From Nemertoderma westbladi (Eukaryota; Animalia; Xenacoelomorpha): a stretch of 60,379 nt of DNA. The notes below the pieces were generated by a model. It ran no database searches. It saw only the letters and a list, made by a program, of their open reading frames with translations, and was not told the origin of the DNA. Position 1 is the first letter of the stretch, and each line of letters opens with the position of its first letter. A program made the translations under genes and the position numbers. Location of the stretch: the NCBI GenBank assembly GCA_032718475.1, contig JAUCBJ010001931.1, forward strand, positions 1-60,379. Direction: 5' to 3'. Shown in pieces: positions 10,061 through 22,766 of the stretch.

Positions 10061-10763
10061 GTACATATAGAAATAAAATAATAAAACGTACAACCTACAC
10101 AATGATCTTGCAGACTTACTGACTGACATATATGATTTCGTTTTGTCAAGTAATAATTCTTATTGTAATTTACAATGTAATAATATAAGACCCAATCAAA
10201 ATTGACTTTGATTAAATTCATGGTTGGGGAAATCGCCAATAAGATAATTTTTCAGATGGGCAGGTGCCTCAGAATTAGCTATTGAGTGTTGTTGTGTAGC
10301 ATGAATGTGTAGCTCTTACCTAAAACATCAATATTACTTTACTGACTGTATATAACCTGTTTCTGCATCATATTGAACACAACCCCTCACTCTATAACAA
10401 AAATTTCATATGTGATTATATGGAGAACTCAAGACTACATTTTGTAGTTGACATGTACCTTTGGAGGTTTTCTATTATCAGTGGTGTATAAACAGACATT
10501 TATGGTCATAGGAATGTTTAAGCATATATTTAATGCCTTAATCTAGGGATAGATGGCGCCTGGAGTATTAATTCCAAAATTTCTTTAACAAACTTGATGC
10601 TGAAACATTTCGGACTACAAAATGTAGCACACATGTACGTATTATTGTTAAAATTAAATAAAATGGACAATTGTTTAAAAAGTGAAAAGATTTTGGAGAT
10701 TTTCCGCTCGCTCCTCTCCACTTGCCACTCTAGCCCTCGCGAGTATTTCACTCACTTTTATTT

Positions 10764-11917
10764 GGGTAAATCTTTTCGACCTACGCGTAGCTACGCGTAG
10801 TTCGCAACATTGGGTCATATACAGTATATCACCAGTTTCAGAGTTTTAACATTAACTATACGCGTAGGTGCTACGCGTAGGTCCTACGCGACCTACGCGT
10901 AGGTGCTACGTATAACTATGCCTATACGTCGTTTATCATTAGTAGGCTTACGTATTCCAAGCGGTTCAGTACTAAAATAAGACCATACGGTAGGTTCAAT
11001 AAACAACCCACAACCATCAAATGCTTTCAACAGTAATGCATCCTATACCTGTATACTCTATATAGAGGAATACGCTAAGACTACATATTCTTCACTTCAT
11101 GCGTTGCGGGTGCTAAAATGTGTTATCGGTAATAATGTTTAGAGTTCAAAAATAGTTTACAAAGGAAATAGGCCGATGGTTCTAGTCGATTCTCTATGTT
11201 CCTTTGTTCCCTTTGTCTCCCTTTATTCACGATAGGGCAAGGATATATTTAATATGTTAACCCCTTGACAAGGGAAAGGGGGAGACTAAATTGTCTACCA
11301 TGATTGGTTGCATTTGTTATTTGACCAAACAATGGAATTATACTGTATGCAGTATTTAGCAGTTTTCGATTAACCACTTCACCGGTAGACTGGTGGCTTA
11401 CTACTGTAGAATATTTAAATAATCCAATGGAAACAAAGATACTTGAATCATGAGAAGTGAATTTTAAGTCTACTTTTTATTCATCCTGTGTTTGTATGTG
11501 AAAGAGCCGAATATTATTTATTACCAGTGCTGTATGTAGAGATATGAGTTTCAGATTCTGTTATTCATTTTGTCTGATAATCAGATACCTGACATTATAC
11601 CGATACTTGCCTAACAACTCAACCCTACCGGACCTGAAATGAAAAATCATTGTTATCAGGACTGCTACGCGTAGCACCTACGCGTAGAACCTACGCGTAG
11701 TTTCAAAATACCTACGCGTTGTTCCAAAATAGCCTAACTACGCGTAGTTTTAAAACACCTACGCGTAGTTTTAAAACACCTACGCGTAGTTGTTAAAAAG
11801 GCAGTAAGTCTGGCCCTACCGGTAAATGACAGGAATGGAAGTTACAAACTACGCGTAGCTACACGTAGCTACGCGTAGCTACGCGTAGGCCTACGCGTAT
11901 GTCGAAAAGATTTAACC
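10764..11917. mobile_element. Non-autonomous DNA transposon with GG-starting TIRs, 9-bp TSD and subterminal CTACGCGTAG palindromes (Mutator/Merlin-like)
   Basis: GGGTAAATCTTTTCGACCTACGCGTAG at the left end and its near reverse complement at the right end. CTTTTATTT duplicated at 10755-10763 and 11918-11926. Confidence 0.8.
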
Positions 11918-13329
11918 CTTTTATTTATTTACATAATTCCCCGCTATGTGCTTGCACTTTGCAACTTTGTGCATTTCATCAACATACAGTATGTCAGCGT
12001 CAGGCTGTAGGCAGGGAGACCCGGCCCGGCCCGGCCCACCCTAGTAGCACATAACGTTCACACACAGCCTTTGGACGTTGAGAACATGTCCACTCAATAA
12101 ACGTCGCCATACTGTACCAGTTTTCAAAGTTCTAAATTAGTCTCCATATAATAACGCCTAAATGGGTTTTTCGTATTTCAACTAAAAAAGTAACGTTCAT
12201 TAATGGTATCATTTAAGTTTCCGTTAATGTTCTTGGACGTTTGAATGGCGTCCCAAGCAATTACCAGTTCAATTTGAGTTCAGATACTGAAAAGTAACGA
12301 TTTGTAAATGGCAAGTTATTTCCGTTAGCTATTGTGAACGTTTCAATGGTGTTTATTATCCAATAAAAATTAACCAGTTCAATTTCAGTTCAGATATTTT
12401 TAAGATTGTTGTTCAAAAAACGTCCAAACTATGTTTTTCATAACCGTAGTTCAATAGCGGTTCAATACTAAACATTTTCCGTTCAAAATAATAATTATCT
12501 GAACGAGAAACTTTCCCACGCTATGGGAACCAGTGTCTGTGATGAGTCATCCAATTACATGCAATACTGGAACTGCCCAAGTATGATGTAAAGTAGTGGT
12601 AGGCCTATATTGGTTCATATAGAACTCATATAACTATATAACGGTCTAATACAACATACTGCATTGCATATGTATAACTGTAATTTAAATTAATTTTTGT
12701 TTCGTCTCAATTATTTGCTGTATATTTTTATAACGGCATAGGGCACACACGGTATGGGGTACATACATTCAATACGTGAACAGTGCGAAGATCGAGGTCA
12801 ATCTTGTGATGCTTTTCAACAGTATCGGGACCAATAATAAACGCCGCCATCCATCAAAGACACTAAAGGTGATTATTTCAAATTTTATTATTAGTTAATT
12901 TAATTTCTAATCGAATATGACATAACTTTACAGTTATTAGCTTAAAATATGAACTTTAATTTATCACATGAGCGGTACTGCATGTAATTTAATTCGAAGA
13001 TTGATGCAAAAAAATATGATTGAATAAATATAATTTTTTCAAATTGATCCAATTTACCGATCAGCCTGCTTTATAGTACAGCGGGTTATTAAATACTTAA
13101 AATCTTTTAAAGACTTTGGTTGAATCCCTCGAGTTTTATAAAGCGGTATGTAATTATCTATCTATCTATAACAAAAAATTGTTCCACCACCATGCAACCT
13201 TCAATTGGCTTACTGTGAAGCAGCATGCAAAGAATGATATGCCGGGTTATATACTGTGGCAGACTTGGGCTAGGAAGGGAAGTATCGCCTTGCGATATCT
13301 GAGTGATACCTTTGAAATGACTGAATGAA

Positions 13330-15215
13330 AGTTGAATAGGAGCCCGTCGCCGTAGGGTGCCGCAACACAGTGACAGCACCCAGAAAGTTGAATGGTAGTA
13401 GATATAAAACGTTAAGAGAAATTCGGGAGAAATATAAATTGACTTCTTATTAACCAATAAGTAAAGAAAAGATTATAACAAAAATCACAAAATAAATACC
13501 GCAACTTTTCCTAAATGAGAAGCACAAGAAGCTAGAATTTTGACGAAGAAGTAAAGAAATGACACATGCAAGGGCTTTAAATACCCCTGCATACCGCTTC
13601 CTGATTGGTGTAACGTTTCGATCCACCTTAGGTGAATCGAGCAGCTATTGGGCAGAATGCCAAGGGAAGCATTTGAGAACCTTTACGTTTCGATCTGATT
13701 ATTCCGCTAGAGGGAAAGGGATCGAAACGTACAGGTACGGTATAGCGATTGTGCTCTACAGCAGAAACATATTTTGAGGCTGCAATAAAAGAGGTAATAA
13801 GGGAAGACAAGTGCTGGTTTAGCAAAGGTGAAGGCGATCATTTACACTCCCCTCCTATTTTCGCGCAAGCTAAAATAGGACTACATAATGATCGCAAACA
13901 CAGACAGAGATTCGGCCGACAAAGTTAGCTTATTGCACCTAATGAACGTAATAACGAGAAAAGTAAACACAAAAAGCGATATAACTAATAAGAAAAACCA
14001 AATGCAAACAATGAATATGAGTCTCGCGTTCTGAGAGTCAGTCAGTCCATATCAGTTTATCTCGAGGGGAACGAGACCAGCCAGAGGGCGCGACAAGATG
14101 TGTCTGTTGACCCGGACGTCCGCTGTCCGGCCACCAGGATGGACTCGGGTGACATTACCGAGAGGCCATATTGACTGAGGTTTGAGGGGGGTGTCGACTA
14201 TGACAATGTCCCCGCTCTCGACCCTGGGCGGAGGTATCTGCTTAAATGGTATCTGCCAGGATCGCAAGGTAGGGAGGTATTCGGAGGTCCAGTGCATCCA
14301 AATAGCCTCGGAGGTAGCCACAGATCGGCACCAGCTGCGACGCAGTGCATTCACGGATCGCCACGATGAAGTCAATAAGGATCCCTCGTAGTCTTTAGGC
14401 GAGAGGAGTTCAAGTGGAGTCAATGCTGGTGGGGTCCCGCCGAAGAGGAAGTGCGCTGGAGTGAGAGGATCGTGAGTGTCGCGGAGGTCTGGATGAAGGG
14501 TCTACGGTTCACTGCGGCCTTGACTTCGGCCAGTACAGTGTGCAGCTCGTCGTCCGTAAGGGCTGATCGTCCCAGACTTTTGTGAAGCGCTTGCTTCATG
14601 ACCCCCACCATCCGTTCCCAGAATCCGCCATGCCACGGTGCGTGGACAGCAATAAAGTTCCATTTGGAGCTGGACAAAACCTTGCCCAGAAGTTTAAAGG
14701 TGGTGGCATTGTCGGAATACAACACCTCAGTTTGCCCCTACGTGCACCGAAACGGCATAGGGCATTGAAAGTATCCTCCGAGTCCAAGCTCCTGGTGAGC
14801 TCGAGGTGCAGGGTGCGTGTGGACACACACGTTAGGAGGAGAATGTGCCACCTTTCTCCCCCAATGGACTGGAACGGGATCACACCGGGCAGGACGCGGA
14901 ATTTGGGCAGCCCCCCCCCCCCCCCCCCCCCCTCAGGCGTGCCGAAGTGGCGGGAGTGATAGCAGCGGCATCGAGTGCAGTCGTGGGTAACCTTCTTGCA
15001 GATTGAGCGAAGGCCAGCGATCCGGATGGTTCAGCCCAGCTCAGACATCATCATGGAGACTCCCCCCATGTTTAGAGTTGTTGTGAACGTCCCAGGCAAT
15101 CAGGAGCGCGAGGGGGGACTTCTTGGGCAGAAGCGGGAGCGATTGTTCCAGACTTTTGTGAAGCGCTTGCTTCATGACCCTTGTCAAGACCCTTCCAGAC
15201 TTGTTGAGTTGTAAA
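13330..15215 (-). mobile_element. BEL/Pao LTR retrotransposon relic: integrase and DUF5641 region, polypurine tract and probable 3' LTR
   Basis: LLTCVSTRTLHLEL, YSDNATTF, WNFIAVHAPWHGGFWERMVG, WTSEYLPTL and WPLGNVTRVHPG. Polypurine tract AGGAGGGGAG is followed directly by TGTAA at 13846 (minus strand). LTR far end uncertain. Confidence 0.85.
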
Positions 15216-15239
15216 CTGTTAAAACTATGTAAACTGTAG

Positions 15240-15582
15240 CGAAATAATAAAAAAAAATAAAAATCCTGCGGTAAACATTCGTATAACACTCGTAAAACAT
15301 TCGTAACGCATTCGTATAGCGTGGGAAACATTCGTATATAACATGTGGGACGCATTCGTATAGTGTGCGGGAAACATTCGTATAAGATTAGGGGCGCATT
15401 CGTAGAATGTGCGGGATTCGAATAAGGTTTGTATTACATTCGATATGCGAATAAAGGATGCGTATTTGGTTCGGTTTTCGCATTCATATCGCATGGTACA
15501 TCTATGTAACATTTCAGAATGCATTACGAATGCGTGAAATATGCGCCATTCCATGCGTTACGAATGCGGATTTTTTACTGGG
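15240..15582. mobile_element. Small non-autonomous element with CATTCGTA internal repeats nested in the BEL relic
   Basis: Repeated CATTCGTA units; right end GGATTTTTTACTGGG (CCCAG-type terminus) abuts the gag fragment. Confidence 0.5.
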
Positions 15583-15747
15583 GAGAGACAGTTTCGGGAG
15601 AGTCGAAGCTGACAGAAGGGCCTCAACACCAGAAGTAGAGGGTGCAACTGAGTCGCAGTCAGCGGGAGAAGGCGGGTCGTTGACGGAACCCTCGAAGCTG
15701 ATCGAGGTGGAGTTCGGGCTCGAGGATGCAGTCCCGTTCTGACTCAT
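15583..15747 (-). mobile_element. BEL/Pao gag fragment
   Basis: Ends in LPKLSLP, resembling the start of DUF1759, in the same orientation as the integrase relic. Confidence 0.55.
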
Positions 15748-15749
15748 CT

Positions 15750-16330
15750 CATTGGCTACTGATTGGGAGCTTATATGCTGGCGTTTTATCTACATACAAT
15801 ACAAATTCGCCATCATGTATTGAACTGTCAAATACATCACTGTATATACACTAGCTCGAAATTTGGTAGTAACTGTCTTCAATAGGCTTTCCTAATCGAC
15901 ATCTTTTGGAGTATTGACAGTCAACTTTCGCCAAACTTGTTTCAGCCCCTGAATAACATCATTATATTTACAAGCTCATATAGTCACGGAAACCATATCA
16001 GATTTCTTGAAACGTTTTGAACCAGCTTCTAGGGCCGAGAAAGCAGTTTCTTCTATTGGTTTTCTAAGTGTCCTCTCTTCTTATCAGTTAAGTACTCACT
16101 AAATGTTAGTAGAACATCCGTTTTGTCAGGGCTACTACCGCCAGGTCCTGTTGATACGGAGGCTACGGATCCGTACTGGCGAACATTCCTCTCCAAGCGT
16201 ATCATTTCTCCCCAAACAGCCAAATACGGTATGTACCGGTACTATGGTAACGGATCTGCCGCTACTGCCAACTATGGCAGTATTTCGATCCTTCAACCAA
16301 TCTTTGACCGCAATGTGTACAAAAACTCAT
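15750..16330 (-). pseudogene. Disrupted gene with N-terminal zinc ribbon
   Basis: MSFCTHCGQRLVEGSKYCHS, then a frameshift at the second CxxC; downstream fragments TFSEYLTDKK, VSVTI* and GEFVLYVD are interrupted by stops. Confidence 0.5.
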
Positions 16331-17439
16331 TATTACGCCTACAGGCTCTATAGAGTTAGTGAAACTATTGAAATAGGAAATATCTAGGCTACTTACAGAC
16401 TTACTGCAGTACCGGTACTAATTACTATTCTTAGTATCAGTATTGAGAGTTCTGCCCTTTACTGTTAGTACCGGTACTGGTATGACATTGCAATACTTTC
16501 ACTTTGTGTGTGGAGAGCGACATGATATTTTCATGCCGCTCTACACACACATTTCTGAGACAAATTATGTGTTATGTATGTGAGTGCAGCGCTGGCACTT
16601 GTGGGCCACCTTAATTTCTCACATTTACAGTGCTCACCTGAGCGCATAAGCTATGCTTTGCTGAGGTTAGTACTTTGGTTGAAGTTGGAATTAATTGCAG
16701 GCCTACAATTGTTTTCTTTAGATTTATACTGTCGACCTACTAACTATACAGTAAACTTAGTCAGTTGTAACTGTTTAATGTTTATACAATATCGTACAGT
16801 AATTATCCTAAGGCCTCAGGCAGGGGGTGGTGGGTTCGGGTTGGGTTGGTAACATTATGTTTACAAAGTATTTATTTGATATTCAAGATACTATATATTT
16901 ATCTCTCCATCCCTGTCCTATATACATACACAAAAAAGTGAACACATACAATAGCACTATCAGCTGTACGGCATCCTAATGTAATTGACTACTATTAATA
17001 ATGTAAATAATGTCCCTCCACCAATACCAATAAATGATATTATACCAGTAACACGTGCATGCTCTCATTAAATATTTTAGCTTAATCATGTTAGGTAGGC
17101 CTATAGGTTTAGATTTATTGCATCATTATATTGGATATTATACGAGTCCTGTGGGCTCAATCAATCAATCAAAAACGTATTTAGCGGGAAATTTGAATTC
17201 ACCACAGAGCAAACATGTTTACAATTACAACGATCCGTTATACAAATATACATACCGGTAGCAGGCTTATTGCAGTATTATTCAGGTATTGCAAGTTAAT
17301 ACCGTACTGCAGTACTGTAACTCAAGTATGTGCGATGCATGGCCTTTACGTATGGCGAGCAACATCGCCCGTAGCTGTACTGTTGTACTACTGTATATAA
17401 CTTACTGTGATACAGTGCAATGCATAGATCCATAATAGG

Positions 17440-18021
17440 ATGAATAAATTGAATATGTATATTCCACGAATGTTCAATAACTTTAGCTTGGATTGTGTAG
17501 TCCGTCATTTAATCCGCACTAAACTCTTTGCTGATGGTTGGGCCCCTAATCCTCGCGTTTTGGAACGGATTATAACTAAGCGAAGATCAATGGTCGAACA
17601 AGCCGGGAAGGGTTTATTCCTGGTCGAACCGCGTTACCCCGTGGCTGTAGGAAGGTTCCGCAAGATTTCTAAGAGCTCGAAGGTAACCACCGGTCGATTT
17701 GTGTCTCCGCTGGCCGTGTTGGAGGAAGGTTTACTCCCTGTAGAGTCGGAAACCGCAAACTTTGAGTTGGTAGTCCCAGCGGGTTGGTCACCCGGGCAAC
17801 GGGTACCACTGGTCATCCACATGGCAGCCACCGGTGACCACGGGTACTTGTTGCGACGGACGGCGCTCGCTCAACCCCTGGTTGATCGCGACGGCGTGGC
17901 GTCTCTTATACTAGAGAACCCTCTCTACGGACGTCGAAAACCGGCGGGCCAACGTCGGTCCGGACTTCGCTACACCACCGATCTGTACTCCATGGGGTTG
18001 GCATTGATACACGAAGCCCAG
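17440..18021 (+). CDS. ABHD18: Alpha/beta hydrolase domain-containing protein 18, exon 1 (start may be 17455 or 17470)
   Basis: TKLFADGW, GRFVSP, IHMAATGDH, LENPLYGRRKP and DLYSMGLALIHE; CAG|GTTGG donor at 18021/18022. Confidence 0.92.
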
Positions 18022-18783
18022 GTTGGATATTACCATTTAACAGCATTATTATAAGGTAATCTTGTATAAGTCTGCAAATTTTACATGAAAAAACACTTAT
18101 GATGAAAAAAAAACACGTTTATAATTTATGGAGAGCAGAGGATAGATTACATGATAAATTCTAGGACTTGATTTCTTTGTTTCAAGTATTTATTACGTCC
18201 TTCTGTTTCTCACCATAAACAATGCCAACTTGATAGAATTCCAGAAATATTGAATAAAGGGTGTCATAACTATATACGTCATTGTTCATAAAGTAGCACT
18301 TTATAGCCCTGCGGCAGGAGTGATTTTTGTTTCCCGAGCGACAGCGAAGGGAAATAATAGAACGAGGGCCGTAAAGCTTTAAAGTGATAATTATGAACAA
18401 TGGCGAATCTAATTTTATTTATTTGTGGGGAATTATTTGTAGTTATGCACTCAAACTTTCTAGAACAACCTATTAATGACGCGGTGACATACTGGATATA
18501 ATGGAATTACATAGTAATTGTATGGCCTAGGGACTTACTGAGAAATAAATGTCGCACTGCGATATAAAGTTGGAAAATATGTCGCCCTGGCGATTTGATA
18601 GTGCGAAATTAATTCCATACTGGTAAATAAATAAAAACATTATGTTAATTCTGGCAGAACCCCGACAAGTTGCCGTGTATTGTACAGTAAGTATAGTAAC
18701 GACATGCGACAACAATAATTTAGCTTTTTTCTAATCTCATCGTATATAATTGTAATTTTAGAACTTTTATTCTATTTATTTAG

Positions 18784-19470
18784 GTCCTCATTCATTGGGG
18801 CGTCCAGCAGGGTTTCTGGCCAGTGGGACTTTCTGGCATCTCATTGGGCGGCCATATGGTTACCCTCGCAACGGCTTGCTGGCCCCTCCCCCTGCCCGCG
18901 GTCCCCTGTCTGTCTGGAACCACCGCGGCCCTGTCCTTCACGGAGGGAGCGATAAGTCGCCACGTCCAATGGACTTCCCTCTCCCGAACTTACCCAAAAT
19001 TCGCCGAGGATTTCTACAAACTAATTAATTTCCCTCAGAAATCAAACCAAAGTAAATTTTCTGTTGATTCAGAAACAAATTTAATAGTAAATAATAAGTT
19101 AATTGATTTTATTTTTAATAAATTCTCGAGTTTATTTTCTGAGTTCGATAAATCTTCTACTATTTGCGACTTCGACTGTAGAGATTTACTAAGAGTTGCG
19201 ATGGACGAGACAACTAATCTTACTAATTACCCGGTTGCTAGGGACCCGCGGTGCGTTGTAAGCGTTGTATCGGCGCGGGATTCCTACGTACCTCGGGGGA
19301 CGCCGCTAGAGGCGTTGTGGCCCGGCGTAGCGGTGCGGGAACTCGATCGGAACGGACACGTTGACTGCATCCTCAAGGAACAGTCGGCGTTCCGTTCAGC
19401 TATTCGCGATTCGTTGCGACGCTTCGTTGGGTTGTATCCGTCGCCCCTGGATGTGTCGCTAAGATACTGA
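18784..19470 (+). CDS. ABHD18: ABHD18 exon 2
   Basis: TTTAG acceptor ending at 18783 joins in frame to VLIHW...GLSGISLGGHM (GxSxG nucleophile), PCLS, MDETTNL, RDSYVP (Asp) and GHV (His). Confidence 0.92.
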   Translation, partial: VLIHWGVQQGFWPVGLSGISLGGHMVTLATACWPLPLPAVPCLSGTTAALSFTEGAISRHVQWTSLSRTYPKFAEDFYKLINFPQKSNQSKFSVDSETNLIVNNKLIDFIFNKFSSLFSEFDKSSTICDFDCRDLLRVAMDETTNLTNYPVARDPRCVVSVVSARDSYVPRGTPLEALWPGVAVRELDRNGHVDCILKEQSAFRSAIRDSLRRFVGLYPSPLDVSLRY

Positions 19471-19529
19471 GGTTAATAGGTCGTTCATTAATGACGTCAC
19501 GATCTATTAATAGGTATGGCGTCAATAAA

Positions 19530-19672
19530 CATTTTTGAGACGGGGGGGGGGGGGGGGGGGGCTTATCTCAAATTCCATCTCGGCGAATTAATATCCCGCC
19601 TCAATGTTAATATATCAATTTAGGGAAAGGAACAGGTTTCAGTGGCACGTGATTCTAACCAAAACAATAAAC
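19530..19672 (+). repeat. Dispersed repeat with copies at about 31475-31612 (+) and about 56020-56130 (-)
   Basis: Shared poly-G, GGCGAATTAATATCCCGC, GGAAAGGA(A/G)CAGGTT(T/A)CAGTGG and TAACCAAAACAAT blocks (the third copy is partial). Confidence 0.75.
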
Positions 19673-20663
19673 GAAACTCAATTACTCTTTCATCTCTACT
19701 CCACTCTTCGACCCCCCCCCCCCCCCCCCCCCCCCCCCTACCCCTTGACCCACCCTATCTGAATATTTCACGTCAATTTGTTTGACTAAATACTCTATTA
19801 TTGGTTATAAAAATAATTACTAACTGTAGATCAGTGTGGGTCAAGTAATTAGCTGAAAATAATCATTGATGTCATTTATGAACTTCCCTAACTAATTTAT
19901 TATTACGTTTTCTAGAGAAGATTAAAAATATATTTATTATAAATTTACTCAGTTTTACTACTGTATAAAATAATCTATTAAATTGTTATATTTTACATTG
20001 TAATTTTAGATTTTGCAGTAAATAATAGAATATTGTAATATTATAAATTTATTTTGTATTTATTTACTAACATCGCAAACGATATTGCGTCAAATGGTCA
20101 AGCCATGTGTGTGGTTGGGTGGGGGGTTACCTGGGAGGTTGTCTTTACTGCAAAGGTTAAGGAAAGTGGTTAAAACGATAACTTTTAACTTCAGTCTTGT
20201 AGTAGATTAATTATTAGTTTATATATGCGAGTTAATCACTCGAATTCTATTTTATAAACTTTATTTCACACCATTAGGTCAATTTCCAATACACATTAGT
20301 ATAATTTCCGAATACATTTATAAGGTTTCTAAAGTACTGTAGTATGCGTACCGGTATTGGGGCTTTTCCAGATTCAACATTGTTCTCGGGTCTCTTTATA
20401 TCCTCGTTAACTTTTGGAATAATAAAAAAATGGTTAATTCCTGTAAATTATTCATCCTAACTAGTCAGTTAGATTATTTCAAATGAATAAAATTACAAAA
20501 TGTCTCGTTTTGTATACAATTATATTAAATTTGCGTAAAATAGAACACTTAGTAACGCATTATCAACACCATTGGCAAATAATTCAGTTAGCATGTCTAA
20601 TTTTAGTGAACTTTACTTTTTATGTTTACTTTCACTTTAGTTGAATTACCGTAGCAATGACTT

Positions 20664-20882
20664 TTACTTTTTATCTTTGAGATTTTCAGTTTGTTTTCCC
20701 TCCTTTCTCAACATCCGTCTGGTTCGTATTATCTGGTAGATACATATCACAGACAGCATAGATATCCCCAACGCGGTCCCAACCACCAAAGGGGTTGTCG
20801 TACTCACGCTGTAGTTCGGTCCGAAATCGTCGCATTCTGTCCCATCTGCGAATTCGTTGTTACGGACGTTAAACGGCTGCAT
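20664..20882 (-). CDS. LAMP-family gene, exon 2 (end of LAMP domain, TM helix, cytosolic tail)
   Basis: TTTAG acceptor, then MQPFNVRNNEFADGTEC...PLVVGTALGISMLSVICIYQII-basic tail, in frame with the exon 1 donor. Confidence 0.85.
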   Translation of the reverse strand: MQPFNVRNNEFADGTECDDFGPNYSVSTTTPLVVGTALGISMLSVICIYQIIRTRRMLRKEGKQTENLKDKK

Positions 20883-21489
20883 CTAAATTATATTAAAAAC
20901 ATTATTTATTGATTAGTTATCAGAAACTAGTAAATAATATGAAAATCGTTTATAACAATTATATATTGTTTACGAAATTATTAGGCTTGGACATGGACAT
21001 AGGCCTAACTTAATTACTCCTGGAATTATTTAATAATTAATTTAATTTAATAATAACTGAATTAATTGAAAAGAGAAAATTATTAATTTTTGCACAAATT
21101 GTCTGAATGACTCTCCGATTACGAGAACTGTATTCTTATAAATGACTTGGATTATGTAAATTGATTCGAAAATAGAAATATAATTTAATTAAAATTAATC
21201 CATTATTTGTTTAAAAAATTAATTTTTACATTAAATTTCAAAACCAGTAGGCCTACTCTAGTGCAATATTTAATTATAATCGTGACTGTGACAATTTTAA
21301 GTAATAAAAAATTATAAATGTAGTTAAATCAAATTAATTTCACGGGCTGTAAACTTGGAAAATTGATAGAGATCAACATATTATACAATTTTACCAATCG
21401 ATGTCAAATTTTCTCAGCTATCTGATAATTATTATACATAACTATCTTTAAATTGTATTAAATACACCCCCTAAGCGGTATAAAAGGGA

Positions 21490-22491
21490 CTACTACTACT
21501 ACTAGGTCGAGCGAACTCGGACAGTGGAAATGAGATCCTTCCAGGCTTCCCGATTCTCCATAGTTGTCGCAATTTCGTTTCTCCCAAGTTCAGTATCCCT
21601 TTCAAGTTGATCTATGTTATGGCCGGTCGTCCACCACTACGCTTTCCATTGGTTGCCAGAGAAGTAGATCTATTATGACCTCGTCTTTACTTCGCCAGCA
21701 GTGCCCACTGAATCTTAATTTGCGTTCACGGAGGGTGGTTGATACAGGTGGTATTGTACCATAAAGCTCGGCGTTTGTCATGTGTTCTTTGCACATTATT
21801 TGCTAGTCTTCAGGTGCCTGGGGAGATCTGATTTCCAAATGGTATCCATTTTTGATAGAGCTACCCAAGCCTTTGCTTTCCTAACTTCTATGTCCTTTTT
21901 GCTACTCTCTATCCATGATCCAAGGTACTGGAAGTCATCGACCTTCCTTAGTTGATTATTATCAATGGTTGTCAAGTTTCCATCAACATTAAAGGTCATG
22001 AATTCGGTCTTGGTAGCATTTATATGCAATCCAACCTCCTTAGCAGCCCTCTCCACTTTATTTAGCAGAAGCTGTGCATCTGCTAGCGTATTAGAGAGCA
22101 GGGCGATGTCATCCGCGAAGTCGGTGTCTGTGACTGTAGTTGCCGGATATCTACTACTTCTGCGTTCTTGAAGTGTGTATCCCAGATCTTCACCCTTTGT
22201 GGCCGTCCTCATTGCGTAATCCAGCACAATTACAAATAGTAATGGTGCTAATGTGTCACCTTGCAGTACGCCAGCCAGGATTGAGAAAAACTCAGTTTCA
22301 CCATCTGGTGCTGAGAGTACCTGCGCTTCTGTGTCACAATATAACAATCCAATGCCAGCAAAAATTACTTCTGGTATTCCATAAGCTCTTAGGATTTCAA
22401 GCATTTTACCTCTATGGATGGAGTCGAATGCCTTCTTGAAGTCCACAAAAGTCATGACTGCGGGGAGATTCTTTTCTTCTTCGACTCTCCA
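21490..22491 (-). mobile_element. 5'-truncated, internally deleted RTE LINE in the LAMP intron, with (TAG)n tail and 10-bp TSD
   Basis: RT motifs FVDFKKAFDS, GVLQGDTLAP and DFADDI; (CTA)n tail at 21490; ATAAAAGGGA at 21480-21489 and 22492-22501. Confidence 0.92.
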
Positions 22492-22766
22492 ATAAAAGGG
22501 AAGAAAATATTAAATATTAACGGAGAGACACAAAGGTATATTATAAATTAAATTTGTAAAAAATATTAAAAGGTAAAAATTGCAGAGTTATATTTGTGTT
22601 TCGGTATATTTCTTTAATAAATAGAGTTAGAATTAAGTTAAATCAAGGTAGCGCCTTTTTAACCACATGTGACGCTACGGATATTACTGTATTCTCGGCC
22701 GAATGAAGTCACCCAAGCAGCATAAAATGCGACTTAATAATAATAACATAACTTAATTTAAATCAC

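Noticed and set aside
20664-20684. ER-retrieval di-lysine signal in LKDKK
   Set aside because: The lysines are at -1, -2 and -4, not the canonical -3/-4 or -3/-5.
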